Position numbers and translations under genes: made by a program. The notes under the pieces were generated by a model, which worked only from the letters and a program-made list of their open reading frames with translations, ran no database searches and was not told the origin of the DNA. Positions 10,789 through 20,341 of a stretch of 32,000 bases of DNA are shown here, one piece after another (position 1 is the first letter of the stretch; each line of letters begins with the position of its first letter). The stretch lies in the sequence record NC_010821.1; one strand, given 5' to 3'. This DNA comes from Pseudomonas phage 201phi2-1.

Positions 10789-11615
10789 GCAATACACGTA
10801 ATATAGGTATGTTGATCCACCATGGTGAACTGGACCACATATTAACCAGTATGTCGGATTCATTGCGTAATGCGGCATACAAGGTAGCGACTGAAATCGC
10901 TCCCAAAGGCAGTCAGAAATACGACGAGTACTTTGATGAGGACGGTACTCTACGCGGGTATGATGTCGATACCAACAAAGCGTTGTTACGAGATTGTCTG
11001 GATCATTACGTTCAGTTTGCTAACTGTACTACCGATCGAACTGACTTCAACTATTATCTAGAGACCAACTTTCAATTAGTCCAGAACTACGTTAACCAAC
11101 GACCAGAGGTTATCTCTTATCTGACTAGCCTATTCGCAACAGCCTGTGGTATTCTTTCGAGCGTGTTGCAACCAGTGATTGAGAATATCTATTCCACTGG
11201 ACAGATGGTTGATAAGATCGAATCTTTCGTAACAGGACCTGAGAATACCTACTATCTTGTGTACGGCGAAGATATCGATAATGTCGAGACCTACGACGCA
11301 AAGGAAGATGACCTCAGTGACGTAGACGTAAGCCAGTCTCCTGAGGAACTCGCACGGCTTAAAGTAATTGAGGAACAACGTCGTCAACAAGAACGAGACG
11401 ATGCCGCTGAAGCTAATTATACAAAAGCGTTGCATGACCTACTGGGTACCAACGACGAAGTATGTGAAGCATTGCACAACAGCAAATACCTTGGTCCCGC
11501 TTCTGCGACATACCGTAAACATCTGTCAAACCCACACAACCTTACTATAGCGGACGCTTCACTCCCTGCTCAGCCGATGGGAGTGAACCTTGTCTGGCAG
11601 GCCCCTGGAATGTAA
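10785..11615 (+). CDS. hypothetical protein, 276 aa
   Basis: Long ORF, ATGA overlap. Confidence 0.85.
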   Translation: MSNTRNIGMLIHHGELDHILTSMSDSLRNAAYKVATEIAPKGSQKYDEYFDEDGTLRGYDVDTNKALLRDCLDHYVQFANCTTDRTDFNYYLETNFQLVQNYVNQRPEVISYLTSLFATACGILSSVLQPVIENIYSTGQMVDKIESFVTGPENTYYLVYGEDIDNVETYDAKEDDLSDVDVSQSPEELARLKVIEEQRRQQERDDAAEANYTKALHDLLGTNDEVCEALHNSKYLGPASATYRKHLSNPHNLTIADASLPAQPMGVNLVWQAPGM

Positions 11616-11620
11616 GCCAT

Positions 11621-12007
11621 ATGAACTTTCTAATAACCATGGATGCACAAGAGCATATTGCTCGGATGGCAACCAACTTCCGTCAAAAGCAAGAAGAAGA
11701 ATTAAACCTCCTGAAGGATTCACCGAACCAAGCAACCTATCTGGATATGCTCAGACTAAATGATCGGGGACTCGCATTACGTGGACTTCAAGAATACGTA
11801 TTGTTATTGATCAATGAGTATCATCGAGTTATGGATGATGATGACCTAATTGAGTCTATTGCTGATGGTACCATCGACCCAGACTTAGACGCCGTCATAA
11901 AAACAATCGCTTCGATCGAGGAAGCTGAACCATGGGCACAAGTACTCAGTATAGTACCGCTTGATTTCAATGGTACCATCGGTGCAGTAGTTACCAATAA
12001 GGGATAG
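11621..12007 (+). CDS. hypothetical protein
   Basis: 128-aa ORF. Confidence 0.75.
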   Translation: MNFLITMDAQEHIARMATNFRQKQEEELNLLKDSPNQATYLDMLRLNDRGLALRGLQEYVLLLINEYHRVMDDDDLIESIADGTIDPDLDAVIKTIASIEEAEPWAQVLSIVPLDFNGTIGAVVTNKG

Positions 12008-12048
12008 TTTCCTAAAGATATGTATCCCTTAACTAATGGTAACGCTAC

Positions 12049-12453
12049 ATGGACATTCAAGAAATCCCACCTGGGACAGTAATCTCATTCGAGGTATATC
12101 CATCTTCTCAATACGGAAACAACTTTCAGTCGGTGACTCTGTTAGGTATGTTCAATGCGGCAATTGCCCGCAAGTTAGGCTTTGACTACATTGCCGCTAA
12201 CCAGAGCGTATACCAAACACTTCCATCGGGTACCCCAATTGATCCGACCCAATATAACTATTTCCAGATTCAATACCCGTCTGGGGAAACTGAGATTTTG
12301 GGAGCACCATGGATTCGTGCTGGTACGCTAACCATTAACTCCGGTAAGCGCCTAACTGTAGTTATCGACAACATCGATGAAACAGTCAAGGATCGAGTCA
12401 TTGCAGCCATTCTCGCACAGAACGTTAAACCAAGCTCGACTACATTTGTATGA
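12049..12453 (+). CDS. hypothetical protein, 134 aa
   Basis: ORF ending directly before a terminator. Confidence 0.75.
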   Translation: MDIQEIPPGTVISFEVYPSSQYGNNFQSVTLLGMFNAAIARKLGFDYIAANQSVYQTLPSGTPIDPTQYNYFQIQYPSGETEILGAPWIRAGTLTINSGKRLTVVIDNIDETVKDRVIAAILAQNVKPSSTTFV

Positions 12454-12459
12454 CTAGAT

Positions 12460-12479
12460 GCCTCTCCTTCGGGAGAGGC
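12460..12479 (+). terminator. terminator gcctctcc-ttcg-ggagaggc followed by a T-rich tract
   Basis: Perfect 8-bp stem, TTCG loop; downstream tatgtcgttttttatttt. Confidence 0.9.
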
Positions 12480-12523
12480 TCTATGTCGTTTTTTATTTTG
12501 TACATTAGAACGTTTCTAAAGCC

Positions 12524-12540
12524 TATATTACTTTGGTGTA
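12524..12540 (+). promoter_or_regulatory. phiKZ-type early promoter-like element TATATTACTTTGGTGTA
   Basis: Matches TATATTACTNNNGTGWA shared by intergenic sites in this window. Confidence 0.7.
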
Positions 12541-12580
12541 GTTGAGGTAGAAAATCCCTTCAATCTGTAGGAGTGATACC

Positions 12581-12904
12581 ATGCTTGTTAACAACTATCA
12601 AATCGGTGCTGCACTTACCGGCGTAGCCGCTCTGTCGAGTATCACCACGTATCTGTTCTTTCGGAACAAGGACACTGAGCCTAAGCCGAAGTTCAGACGT
12701 GCGGATATTCGTGCCTTCAAAGGTACGATGACCGAGCGCTACAAACAACTCGATCTGGTTGAGCTCGAAGCAACCAAACGTCAAATCCTGGTTCAGGGTA
12801 CCCACGATACCATCGATCGTGATATCCACCAGTTGTTTGACGAGGTCGATATTCCCGACCTGATCGAACACAACAATAAGCTGTTTTCGAAACACAGTCA
12901 CTAA
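12581..12904 (+). CDS. small N-terminally membrane-anchored protein in an isolated transcription unit
   Basis: IGAALTGVAALSSITTYLFFR hydrophobic segment then charged soluble tail; GTAGGAG SD; own promoter and terminator. Confidence 0.8.
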   Translation: MLVNNYQIGAALTGVAALSSITTYLFFRNKDTEPKPKFRRADIRAFKGTMTERYKQLDLVELEATKRQILVQGTHDTIDRDIHQLFDEVDIPDLIEHNNKLFSKHSH

Positions 12905-12918
12905 AACGTTAAAATTAT

Positions 12919-12943
12919 GGGGTACCTTCGGGTACCCCTTTTT
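12919..12943 (+). terminator. terminator ggggtacc-ttcg-ggtacccc + T6
   Basis: Perfect 8-bp stem, TTCG loop, T-run. Confidence 0.95.
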
Positions 12944-12997
12944 TACCTTTTCTTTTTTATACTCGCCTCCCTTTAGTATGTATACTGGGAGACACAC

Positions 12998-15145
12998 ATG
13001 GAACAAACTAACCTTAAACCGAATCCGTTTTACCAAGATATTTCTGAATACACTCGTGAACTTGAGATCATTGACCCGATGCAACGCGACGCTGCCTTGT
13101 ATCTGGCAGCTATGACTGGTGATGACCTAGATAAATGCCTAGCATTCGTACAGGCTGAAACCAGCACTGGCGGACAGTTTGAGCTGACCGATCCAAAGAC
13201 CATGATTCTGGATAAGAACCGTCATGGTGACCGTGAGAAAAAGGTTGTAAAGTTTAGTCAGTACCTTGGACGTATCAAACAACATAAACTGTTGTTGTCT
13301 CCATCGATGACTGTATACATGCCTGAAGATGCTCGTCAGTCCACACACGCTAAATACATTGAAGAAGGCGTAGCTAACCGTAAACGAGTTAAGAAAGAAC
13401 AACTCCGGTTAGAAGGTGAAGGTACTGTTGAAGCAACCGAACTTGCCGCTGTCCGAAAGGGTGAACAAGAGAACTTCAAAATTAACAATAACTCCTACTC
13501 TGGAGCTACCGTTAGTCAGGCCACTATTCTTTATTACAAATCAACTCACTCGAGTTTGACCTCTACTTGCCGTACTGCAACCTCGTATGCCAACGCTAAC
13601 AACGAGAAGTTCATTATGGGTAACCGTCACTACTACGCGCTAGAAGTGACGAAAGCTAATATGCTCAGTATCGCTAACATTACTGACTTGAAGCTATTGA
13701 AAGAATGCATGGACCGTTTCAACATGCATTACCCAACTGCTGACGAAATTGTTGACATGGTTGTTTATTCGACTACTCACTATTTCCCTGCCGATATGGA
13801 TCAGATCCGCAAGTTGGCTGAAGGACTGGGTCCATTGAAACGTGCAGCGATTATGTACGTTGGTGATCTGTACCACACCTACAAACATAACCCTGAGTTG
13901 GTTCGTGGATTCTTGACTGAACTAAGTTCGTTGGGTACTCCTGATCAAATCGTTTCGAAAGAGACCTATGGTACTTACGATAGTGACATGCAACTATTGG
14001 CCAGCTTTATCTGTTTCGAATCTATTAAAGGTCGTAACAATGAAAAGCTCGCTGAGGAATCCCCAGAAGTATTTGATCTGATCTATGCCACGGGTAACAA
14101 CATCTCGCAAGTACTGAATAAGTACCTGTTGTTTATCAAGGCACTGTTCCTGACCAAGAACGTACCATCGAGTATCCATGCATTCCCTACAGCTTATCGT
14201 CGAGCAGCCGTGATCTCCGACACAGACTCGACTATGTTCACCATGCAGTACTGGGTTGAGGAATTCTTTGGTCGTATCTGCTTTACTCCTGAAGCTAAAC
14301 GGCTAGTGTTCGCATTGGTGTTCTTGGTATCTGAAGTAGTGATGCACATTCTAGCATTGCAGTCTACAGCAATGGGTGTAGCTGAGAAGAAGCTTCGTTT
14401 GCTGGCCATGAAGAACGAATACTACTTTGCCGTACTGAGCCTGACCACACGTTCGAAACATTACTATGCTTCGCAAGATGCATTGGAAGGTGTAATGTTC
14501 AACAAAGCGCGTATGGAGGTTAAGGGTGTAGGTCTTCGAGATTCTAAAGTACCACCTAGAATCAACAAAGCAGCTAAGAAAATGATGGACCACATCATCA
14601 CCCAGATCAAAGCGGAACAACCACTGGATCTACCTGCACTGCTTAAACAGATTGGTGACATTGAGCGTGACATCATCGAGTCGATCTTCAGCGGTAAAGC
14701 TGAATACTTGACTACGGGTAAAGTAAAACAACTGAACGCGTATAAGACTGAGTCTAACGCTACTTACGCTAAGTACAAGTTCTGGAAAGAAGTCTTTGAA
14801 CCTTCGTTCGGTTTCTTGGAAGCTCCACCTTATTCGTTTGTTAAGATCTCTGTGACCATTAACAACCGTACTCGTTTTGAGGCATGGGTTGATTCCATTG
14901 AAGATAAAGGCTTAGCGATGCGTTTGAAGAAATGGGCCTTGGACAACAACAAGAAAGGCATCACAAACTTCCACGTACCAATGTCTGTTGTTGAGAACCA
15001 CGGTATTCCAGAAGTAATCACTCGTGTAGCAAACGTGCGCACGGTAATCGCTAACACAATGGGTGCATTCTATTTGCTGATGGAATCCTTGGGGATCATG
15101 TTGATCGATAAGAAGAACACCCGTCTGATTTCAGACTTCTATTAA
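12998..15145 (+). CDS. family B DNA polymerase, C-terminal portion of a split enzyme
   Basis: Motif B-like KINNNSYSGA (about 13477..13510) and motif C DTDST (DTDS 14219..14230); segment before motif B (KYIEEGVANRKRVKKEQLRLEGEG) resembles the region after motif A. No exonuclease domain or clear motif A in this ORF. Confidence 0.8.
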   Translation: MEQTNLKPNPFYQDISEYTRELEIIDPMQRDAALYLAAMTGDDLDKCLAFVQAETSTGGQFELTDPKTMILDKNRHGDREKKVVKFSQYLGRIKQHKLLLSPSMTVYMPEDARQSTHAKYIEEGVANRKRVKKEQLRLEGEGTVEATELAAVRKGEQENFKINNNSYSGATVSQATILYYKSTHSSLTSTCRTATSYANANNEKFIMGNRHYYALEVTKANMLSIANITDLKLLKECMDRFNMHYPTADEIVDMVVYSTTHYFPADMDQIRKLAEGLGPLKRAAIMYVGDLYHTYKHNPELVRGFLTELSSLGTPDQIVSKETYGTYDSDMQLLASFICFESIKGRNNEKLAEESPEVFDLIYATGNNISQVLNKYLLFIKALFLTKNVPSSIHAFPTAYRRAAVISDTDSTMFTMQYWVEEFFGRICFTPEAKRLVFALVFLVSEVVMHILALQSTAMGVAEKKLRLLAMKNEYYFAVLSLTTRSKHYYASQDALEGVMFNKARMEVKGVGLRDSKVPPRINKAAKKMMDHIITQIKAEQPLDLPALLKQIGDIERDIIESIFSGKAEYLTTGKVKQLNAYKTESNATYAKYKFWKEVFEPSFGFLEAPPYSFVKISVTINNRTRFEAWVDSIEDKGLAMRLKKWALDNNKKGITNFHVPMSVVENHGIPEVITRVANVRTVIANTMGAFYLLMESLGIMLIDKKNTRLISDFY

Positions 15146-15164
15146 TTTAAGTCGAGGTACTATT

Positions 15165-15542
15165 ATGTCATACGAAGAAGAACTAGACCTTAAGATCGCT
15201 AAGTATTGCGATCCATACTACACGTTTGATTACATTACCCGTGATGAGATCGAACTGCTTAAGATCAAAGTAAAGAGCTATTTCCTGAATAATAAGCAAG
15301 ACCTTTTAGACATCCGTGTTGTAGGTAAGGTAAATGACTACCTAGCCGAATGCACGATTAGTCCATCTTACAGCAGTACTGCATTTAAGGTGACCGAGCT
15401 AGATGGTAAGTTTACGGTAAACGTAACTATCGACCCGCATGATCCAGATCCAGAGACTACCTTAAACTTCATCGCCAGTGAATTCAATCGAATGCAGCCA
15501 GACGTTGAAATCAAAGTGGTGCCCGCCGATGAAGACATTTGA
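15165..15542 (+). CDS. hypothetical protein
   Basis: 125-aa ORF, GAGG SD. Confidence 0.7.
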   Translation: MSYEEELDLKIAKYCDPYYTFDYITRDEIELLKIKVKSYFLNNKQDLLDIRVVGKVNDYLAECTISPSYSSTAFKVTELDGKFTVNVTIDPHDPDPETTLNFIASEFNRMQPDVEIKVVPADEDI

Positions 15543-15741
15543 AGAACAAATCAATGATCTGATTGAAGGCATCAAGATCGGCTATGGCAGTGATGATACC
15601 CATTGGGGTTCTATTGAGGCCACTGTAAGAGTTTTGGAATTCGTTCGTACATTGGGACCTGACCTAGTTGGCCTGAGTGAAGAAGATTTCGAAGGTTTAA
15701 TACTAAAAGCAATTAAGGGTGATATCAATGAAAACCTTTGA
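15529..15741 (+). CDS. hypothetical protein, tandem paralogue 1 (70 aa)
   Basis: MKTFEEQINDLIEGIK...; internal ATG start overlapping the previous stop; same layout as the next gene. Confidence 0.65.
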   Translation: MKTFEEQINDLIEGIKIGYGSDDTHWGSIEATVRVLEFVRTLGPDLVGLSEEDFEGLILKAIKGDINENL

Positions 15742-15919
15742 AGAAGATATCGACAAACTATGTGACCAGCTTGACGACTGTATCAGTGGTGTGGGTATTA
15801 ACATGGAGGCGATCGCCAAAACCGTTCGTCTCCTAGAATACCTACGTAATGAAGCCGTTAACCTCGAGTACACATCTGAAGCAAACATCCAAGCTTTGCT
15901 TCATGAGGTCATCAGTTAA
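15728..15919 (+). CDS. hypothetical protein, tandem paralogue 2 (63 aa)
   Basis: MKTFEEDIDKLCDQLDD...; aligned with paralogue 1. Confidence 0.65.
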   Translation: MKTFEEDIDKLCDQLDDCISGVGINMEAIAKTVRLLEYLRNEAVNLEYTSEANIQALLHEVIS

Positions 15920-15937
15920 TAGAATCGGTTTCAAGTT

Positions 15938-15954
15938 TATATCATGATTGGGAT
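15938..15954 (+). promoter_or_regulatory. promoter-like element TATATCATGATTGGGAT
   Basis: Intergenic; near-identical to the 8082 site over TTCAARTYTATATCATGAW. Confidence 0.4.
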
Positions 15955-15975
15955 ATCAACCAAAGGTACCCAATC

Positions 15976-16191
15976 ATGATTACTGTAATGTTTAAGCTGC
16001 CTGATGGTCCACCGACTACTGTGGTTGTAGCTGATCACGATGATCTGTTGGAACTGTGCCATGTACTCGAAGATGCACATGTAGTACAGTCGTACACCAT
16101 CAGTGAACCGCAGCGAGTTATACACACCGTTGAAGTATATGGCTGGCGAGACCACAGTTTCCCTAAATTCAAATACGAACTGGAATTCTGA
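15976..16191 (+). CDS. hypothetical protein
   Basis: 71-aa ORF. Confidence 0.65.
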   Translation: MITVMFKLPDGPPTTVVVADHDDLLELCHVLEDAHVVQSYTISEPQRVIHTVEVYGWRDHSFPKFKYELEF

Positions 16192-16193
16192 AC

Positions 16194-17978
16194 ATGAGTA
16201 CCGTAATCCCGAAAGATCTAACTGGACTTGTAAAGCATCCAACTAAACTAGATTGTTGGATTCCAGGTGAAGCCAGAAACGGTAAAAATCTCTGTATGGA
16301 AATTCCACTCGGTAAGAATATGGAATGCACTCTAGGTAAACCGGATCTTTCCAAGCTGACTCATAACCACCTGACCCAGATCCAGATGGAACTCTGGAAC
16401 AATCGTGGTGGTGGTCCAGAAGGTAAGATCATTAACTCGTTCTACGCAGGGGCCACTCCTGAGCAACTGATGTCGAGTGAAGAAGTACAGGACCATACTG
16501 ATGATCTCATCCATTATCTGGGTGATGCAAAGAGGGCGTCCGATTACATCGACCAACTCTTGCGTGATGTACGACACCACATCGTCGAAAAAGACATCAT
16601 GCCTTACGAGATGCCAGCTAACAATAAGTCGACCATGGAAGTATTCAATGAGATTTCGCTGGATTGGAAAACTCAGATCTATAACAATGTAGTCAAACGC
16701 TTCGGTGGTGAACCTTCGACTTACCTTCAGGGTATCACGAAAGACACCAATCTCCCAGAGATGGCGGTTGAAGAGTTTGCCAACGTCGTTATAAAAGAAC
16801 ATGACAACGACCCAAAGGTAGCTGCTGAGATACTGAAGGCGGCTATCACAGAACACATTACGATGATGTCGTCTGTAATGATTAATAACGCACTTAAAGA
16901 AAAAGGTCTGATGGGCCAAATCACCAAGGTAACGGATAACATGATCGAACAAGTAAACGCTAAAACTGAACTTAACGAACAAATCAAAGCAACTCTGGAT
17001 GATATCAGTCAGGTTACTATTGACTCCACTAAACATAAAGAAGTGGCTCCAACCGAAGATCAATTCCATAACCCTAAGCACGTCAAGTTCGACGACAAGG
17101 GTAACGTGATTCGTAAGAAGAAAGGTAAGCGTAAATCCCAACACATCCCTAACATGAAAAACAAATCTGTTAAGCGTGCTCTGGGTGCTTCGATCCTTCA
17201 CATGCTAGGCGATGTTCAACGTAAGACTCAGGATGCCAACAAGCGTGAACTGCTGAAAGCTCTGCCATTGGCTGACGTAGTTGAAATGGCAACTGGCGAT
17301 AAGCTGCCAGATTACCAAGCCAACCTGCTGAACGCTATGCAGGCTAAGGCTGATCCAACTGCTCCGATCGTTGAACGCATGGCCAAAACCAGCGAACCTG
17401 ATCCATACGAAAAGCTCCTTGATGAAACCGTCTCTAAGTATATCTCACGAGATCTACTACCTGCTGAAATCAGTGACGAACAAGCTATTGAAATAATCGC
17501 TTCCGTTAAAAAATCATTCCTAGATAATCATAAATTGCCAACTCCTGAAAGTATCTGGATTGCCGATGGTATTGTGCATAGCGATTTCAGTAAAGGTACC
17601 GATTATATTCCAGTTAGTGTTGACTTCACTGGTGAAAAGGTACGCGATCTATACGTGAATGTTGAAGATCAAAAGTACTTCTTGCATTACGAGTGGTTCA
17701 CTGAATACGCAGCTGACCATATGGGTACCACTATCGCATTCATTCAAGATCGATTGGATGTTAAATATTGGGATGGCCTAAAGGCCGCGGTTATCGAATC
17801 GGTAACTGACCTTTACCCTAGCTGGAAAGCTGAGTTTACTAACGAAGAAATCCATTCCCTGATCTATAAAGTCGTTACCGGCTACACCGTAGGTTTTGTT
17901 CAAGGTCTGGTTGATACCGAGCATAAACTGCGTGCCAGCATTAATGCAGAAACTGTAACTGCTGCTGATCTCGGCTAA
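16194..17978 (+). CDS. hypothetical protein, 594 aa
   Basis: Long ORF ending just before a terminator; function not recognised. Confidence 0.9.
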   Translation: MSTVIPKDLTGLVKHPTKLDCWIPGEARNGKNLCMEIPLGKNMECTLGKPDLSKLTHNHLTQIQMELWNNRGGGPEGKIINSFYAGATPEQLMSSEEVQDHTDDLIHYLGDAKRASDYIDQLLRDVRHHIVEKDIMPYEMPANNKSTMEVFNEISLDWKTQIYNNVVKRFGGEPSTYLQGITKDTNLPEMAVEEFANVVIKEHDNDPKVAAEILKAAITEHITMMSSVMINNALKEKGLMGQITKVTDNMIEQVNAKTELNEQIKATLDDISQVTIDSTKHKEVAPTEDQFHNPKHVKFDDKGNVIRKKKGKRKSQHIPNMKNKSVKRALGASILHMLGDVQRKTQDANKRELLKALPLADVVEMATGDKLPDYQANLLNAMQAKADPTAPIVERMAKTSEPDPYEKLLDETVSKYISRDLLPAEISDEQAIEIIASVKKSFLDNHKLPTPESIWIADGIVHSDFSKGTDYIPVSVDFTGEKVRDLYVNVEDQKYFLHYEWFTEYAADHMGTTIAFIQDRLDVKYWDGLKAAVIESVTDLYPSWKAEFTNEEIHSLIYKVVTGYTVGFVQGLVDTEHKLRASINAETVTAADLG

Positions 17979-17985
17979 TTATAGT

Positions 17986-18008
17986 CCCCTCCTTCGGGAG
18001 GGGCTTTA
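17986..18008 (+). terminator. terminator cccctcc-ttcg-ggagggg
   Basis: Perfect 7-bp stem with TTCG loop, followed by cttta. Confidence 0.85.
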
Positions 18009-18025
18009 TTCCGCAAAGGTGTCCT

Positions 18026-18466
18026 ATGGAACAACGTTCAATTCGCAGCCTTATCGCTAACCTGAAGCGTCACTATAACCTGATGGGTGAAGAGATCCTT
18101 GCCTGTTACGACACAGCTGTAAATGGCTTGTGGAGTCTTACAGAGGTTAAGTATCCGACCGTTTCGGTAAGTCCATCTAACTGGAAGAAGCTTGCTGATA
18201 AACTGGATCTCGATGCACAGGTAAAACATCCGGGTAGTAACGTACCATGCCTGTTGTTGTTTAACGGGCTCTACGTTCGGTCAGAAGCCCGTGTAGCCGA
18301 TTGCCATGTACTCTGGGTATCGACTCTGGGTTGTTATTGCCCGACCTCTCAGTACCTTGTGGACAGTATGCAACGAGTGGTAATGTCATCTAAGTCTACC
18401 AAGAAACAAATCGAGTATGCCAACAGGGTGCTCAATGCGATTAACAAACGTTTGGAGAAAGTATGA
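18026..18466 (+). CDS. hypothetical protein
   Basis: 146-aa ORF. Confidence 0.75.
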   Translation: MEQRSIRSLIANLKRHYNLMGEEILACYDTAVNGLWSLTEVKYPTVSVSPSNWKKLADKLDLDAQVKHPGSNVPCLLLFNGLYVRSEARVADCHVLWVSTLGCYCPTSQYLVDSMQRVVMSSKSTKKQIEYANRVLNAINKRLEKV

Positions 18467-18765
18467 CACAGTTATCTATCTGGCGTCTTAGTCTCAAGTC
18501 TTTGGTGAATGGTGGAAGGCGTGGTGGTATACACGTGATCGTCGTGGTCGCTGAAAATGAAGCAGTGGCACGTACCCTGGCTTCGGAGTGCTCCACGAGT
18601 GACCACGGTCATCATCAGATACTCCAACAATACCTCGATCCAGCGAAGACCCACTGTAAGTTAATCGGCTACGCTTTACCTGAATCAGCTGAAGGTGTGA
18701 TGGCAGTCGATTACGACTATGATTATGACCACGTTAAATACACATGGGTGAAGGATGATAATTAA
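18463..18765 (+). CDS. hypothetical protein
   Basis: 100-aa ORF, ATGA overlap. Confidence 0.7.
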   Translation: MTQLSIWRLSLKSLVNGGRRGGIHVIVVVAENEAVARTLASECSTSDHGHHQILQQYLDPAKTHCKLIGYALPESAEGVMAVDYDYDYDHVKYTWVKDDN

Positions 18766-18956
18766 TGACTAAACCATTTTGTGAGTTCCTACAGGAAGCT
18801 ACCAACCAACGTAAAACAGCTAAGGCTATTATTAAGGATACAATCACTCCAGAAGAACTCGATGCGATCCAGCGTCGCGCTAACTTCGAACAAACATACA
18901 TGGTTAACATTAACTACGGTCGTATGGGGAGTAAAGACAATGCACCTGCACGCTAA
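18765..18956 (+). CDS. hypothetical protein
   Basis: 63-aa ORF, TAATG coupling. Confidence 0.6.
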   Translation: MTKPFCEFLQEATNQRKTAKAIIKDTITPEELDAIQRRANFEQTYMVNINYGRMGSKDNAPAR

Positions 18957-19110
18957 CGAGCTGAATACCATTCGTGGTAACCTACGTGACTTCGTTGTCC
19001 GTAATAAAATCACATTCATTCTACCTAAGGCGACACCTCTACCTGAGGGTGAAACTAACAGCGCGAAGATTCGTGTGATTGATTACATCAGCTTACTGGA
19101 TAAACGCTAA
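18940..19110 (+). CDS. hypothetical 56-aa protein (MHLHANELNTIRGNLRDFVVRNKITFILPKATPLPEGETNSAKIRVIDYISLLDKR)
   Basis: Likely true part of listed ORF 18781..19110, whose first 53 codons overlap 18765..18956. Confidence 0.6.
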   Translation: MHLHANELNTIRGNLRDFVVRNKITFILPKATPLPEGETNSAKIRVIDYISLLDKR

Positions 19111-19475
19111 TGTGGAATAAACCTCTGGAAGTTTCGGATCAACCTAAACCAGAACCGGCTCCTTATACTCCTCCAGAACGTAAGGTATTAAAGCCGGAAG
19201 ATACATCGATCACCTTTATTCGTAATGAACGCAAGGATATCGACTACTCCGGGTACCGTGCGTATCTGTTCCACTTCGCTCATCGTACCGAGGTAGGTGA
19301 TAAAGAAATTTATCACGCTATTATCTCAGCAGCTACTATGGATGAAGCTATTGCTATCTTCGTAGCTGACTGCGTACGTGACGAAGAGTCTTATGTTGAC
19401 GCCATCTACGAAGTTGAAATTATCGGTATCGATCTCAAAACAGATCGTGATTCCCATTGGGTAATGGAGGTTTAA
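19110..19475 (+). CDS. small paralogue family member 1
   Basis: Shared C-terminal pattern (F.ISAATMDEAIAIFV...YEVEIIGIDLKTD). Confidence 0.7.
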   Translation: MWNKPLEVSDQPKPEPAPYTPPERKVLKPEDTSITFIRNERKDIDYSGYRAYLFHFAHRTEVGDKEIYHAIISAATMDEAIAIFVADCVRDEESYVDAIYEVEIIGIDLKTDRDSHWVMEV

Positions 19476-19825
19476 TGAACATCGTAATGACCTGTGAAAA
19501 AGAATTCCATCCAGGTGTAATGATCGACCGTCAAGTCGAGTTGGATGAAACCCTTAAGGTCGTGGGCGCTGGCGGCAACTATATCTGGCAAGTTGAAGCC
19601 GATCTGATTGACGACAGTGAATACGATAACGGTTTCCAATACGACACGTACGTCGGCTTCGTTATTGCGGCCCCTGATCCTGCTACCGTTTGGAAGCTTA
19701 TGTCGGAGCGGACTAACTTGGGTGATTGCGATTATGACAATTACAAATGGAAAATGCGTGTAATCGGTATTGACATTACTGGTGATGGTAAACGTATCAT
19801 CCAATCGGATCGTAAGGTGGGGTAA
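19475..19825 (+). CDS. small paralogue family member 2
   Basis: MNIVMTCEKEFHPG...; FVIAAPDPATVWKLM...WKMRVIGIDITGDGK; start at TAATG 19475. Confidence 0.7.
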   Translation: MNIVMTCEKEFHPGVMIDRQVELDETLKVVGAGGNYIWQVEADLIDDSEYDNGFQYDTYVGFVIAAPDPATVWKLMSERTNLGDCDYDNYKWKMRVIGIDITGDGKRIIQSDRKVG

Positions 19826-19828
19826 GTT

Positions 19829-20002
19829 ATGAGCAGTGAAGTACAGGGTAGTTTGTGGGAGATCTATCAGGATATCGGTCGTAGCGACGCTAGCAAAGAA
19901 ATGACCGATACTCAAAAAGTACAGTTGGTTAAAGATCTTCGTGATACTGCGGATAAACTGGAAGCTAGCATATTGAAGGACAAAGGGGAAAATCATGGAT
20001 AA
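19829..20002 (+). CDS. hypothetical 57-aa protein (MSSEVQGSLWEIYQDIGRSDASKEMTDTQKVQLVKDLRDTADKLEASILKDKGENHG)
   Basis: Below track cutoff; fills the gap and overlaps the next start. Confidence 0.6.
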   Translation: MSSEVQGSLWEIYQDIGRSDASKEMTDTQKVQLVKDLRDTADKLEASILKDKGENHG

Positions 20003-20330
20003 TGAATACATGATTCGTGGCGGGGATATGGTCCACATTAGTCAAGTTGGATCGACCCCGTCATTTAATAAAGACGGCCTCTCAATGCTTTGGCACATTA
20101 AAAACGTTGAGCCTTCTACCGATGAATATGATGACGATTATGGTTTTGTACCAACTGGTCGTGATAAAGTTTTCATTGTATCGGCAGAGACGTATAATGC
20201 AGCTGTCCAACTACATTTGAGTAATATGGGTATGGAACATCATGAATACGCTGGTAGTCAGTGGACCATTGAATACATTGGTATTGATCAACGCGATGAT
20301 CAAACCAGTAAGTTCATTCTCTGTGCATGA
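19995..20330 (+). CDS. small paralogue family member 3
   Basis: FIVSAETYNAAVQLHL...WTIEYIGIDQRDDQ. Confidence 0.7.
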   Translation: MDNEYMIRGGDMVHISQVGSTPSFNKDGLSMLWHIKNVEPSTDEYDDDYGFVPTGRDKVFIVSAETYNAAVQLHLSNMGMEHHEYAGSQWTIEYIGIDQRDDQTSKFILCA

Positions 20331-20341
20331 CTAATTAACCA

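Noticed and set aside
16332-17201. 289-aa minus-strand ORF
   Set aside because: Antisense to the 594-aa gene; composition typical of antisense reads (many Phe, His, Leu). The plus frame is coupled to neighbours.
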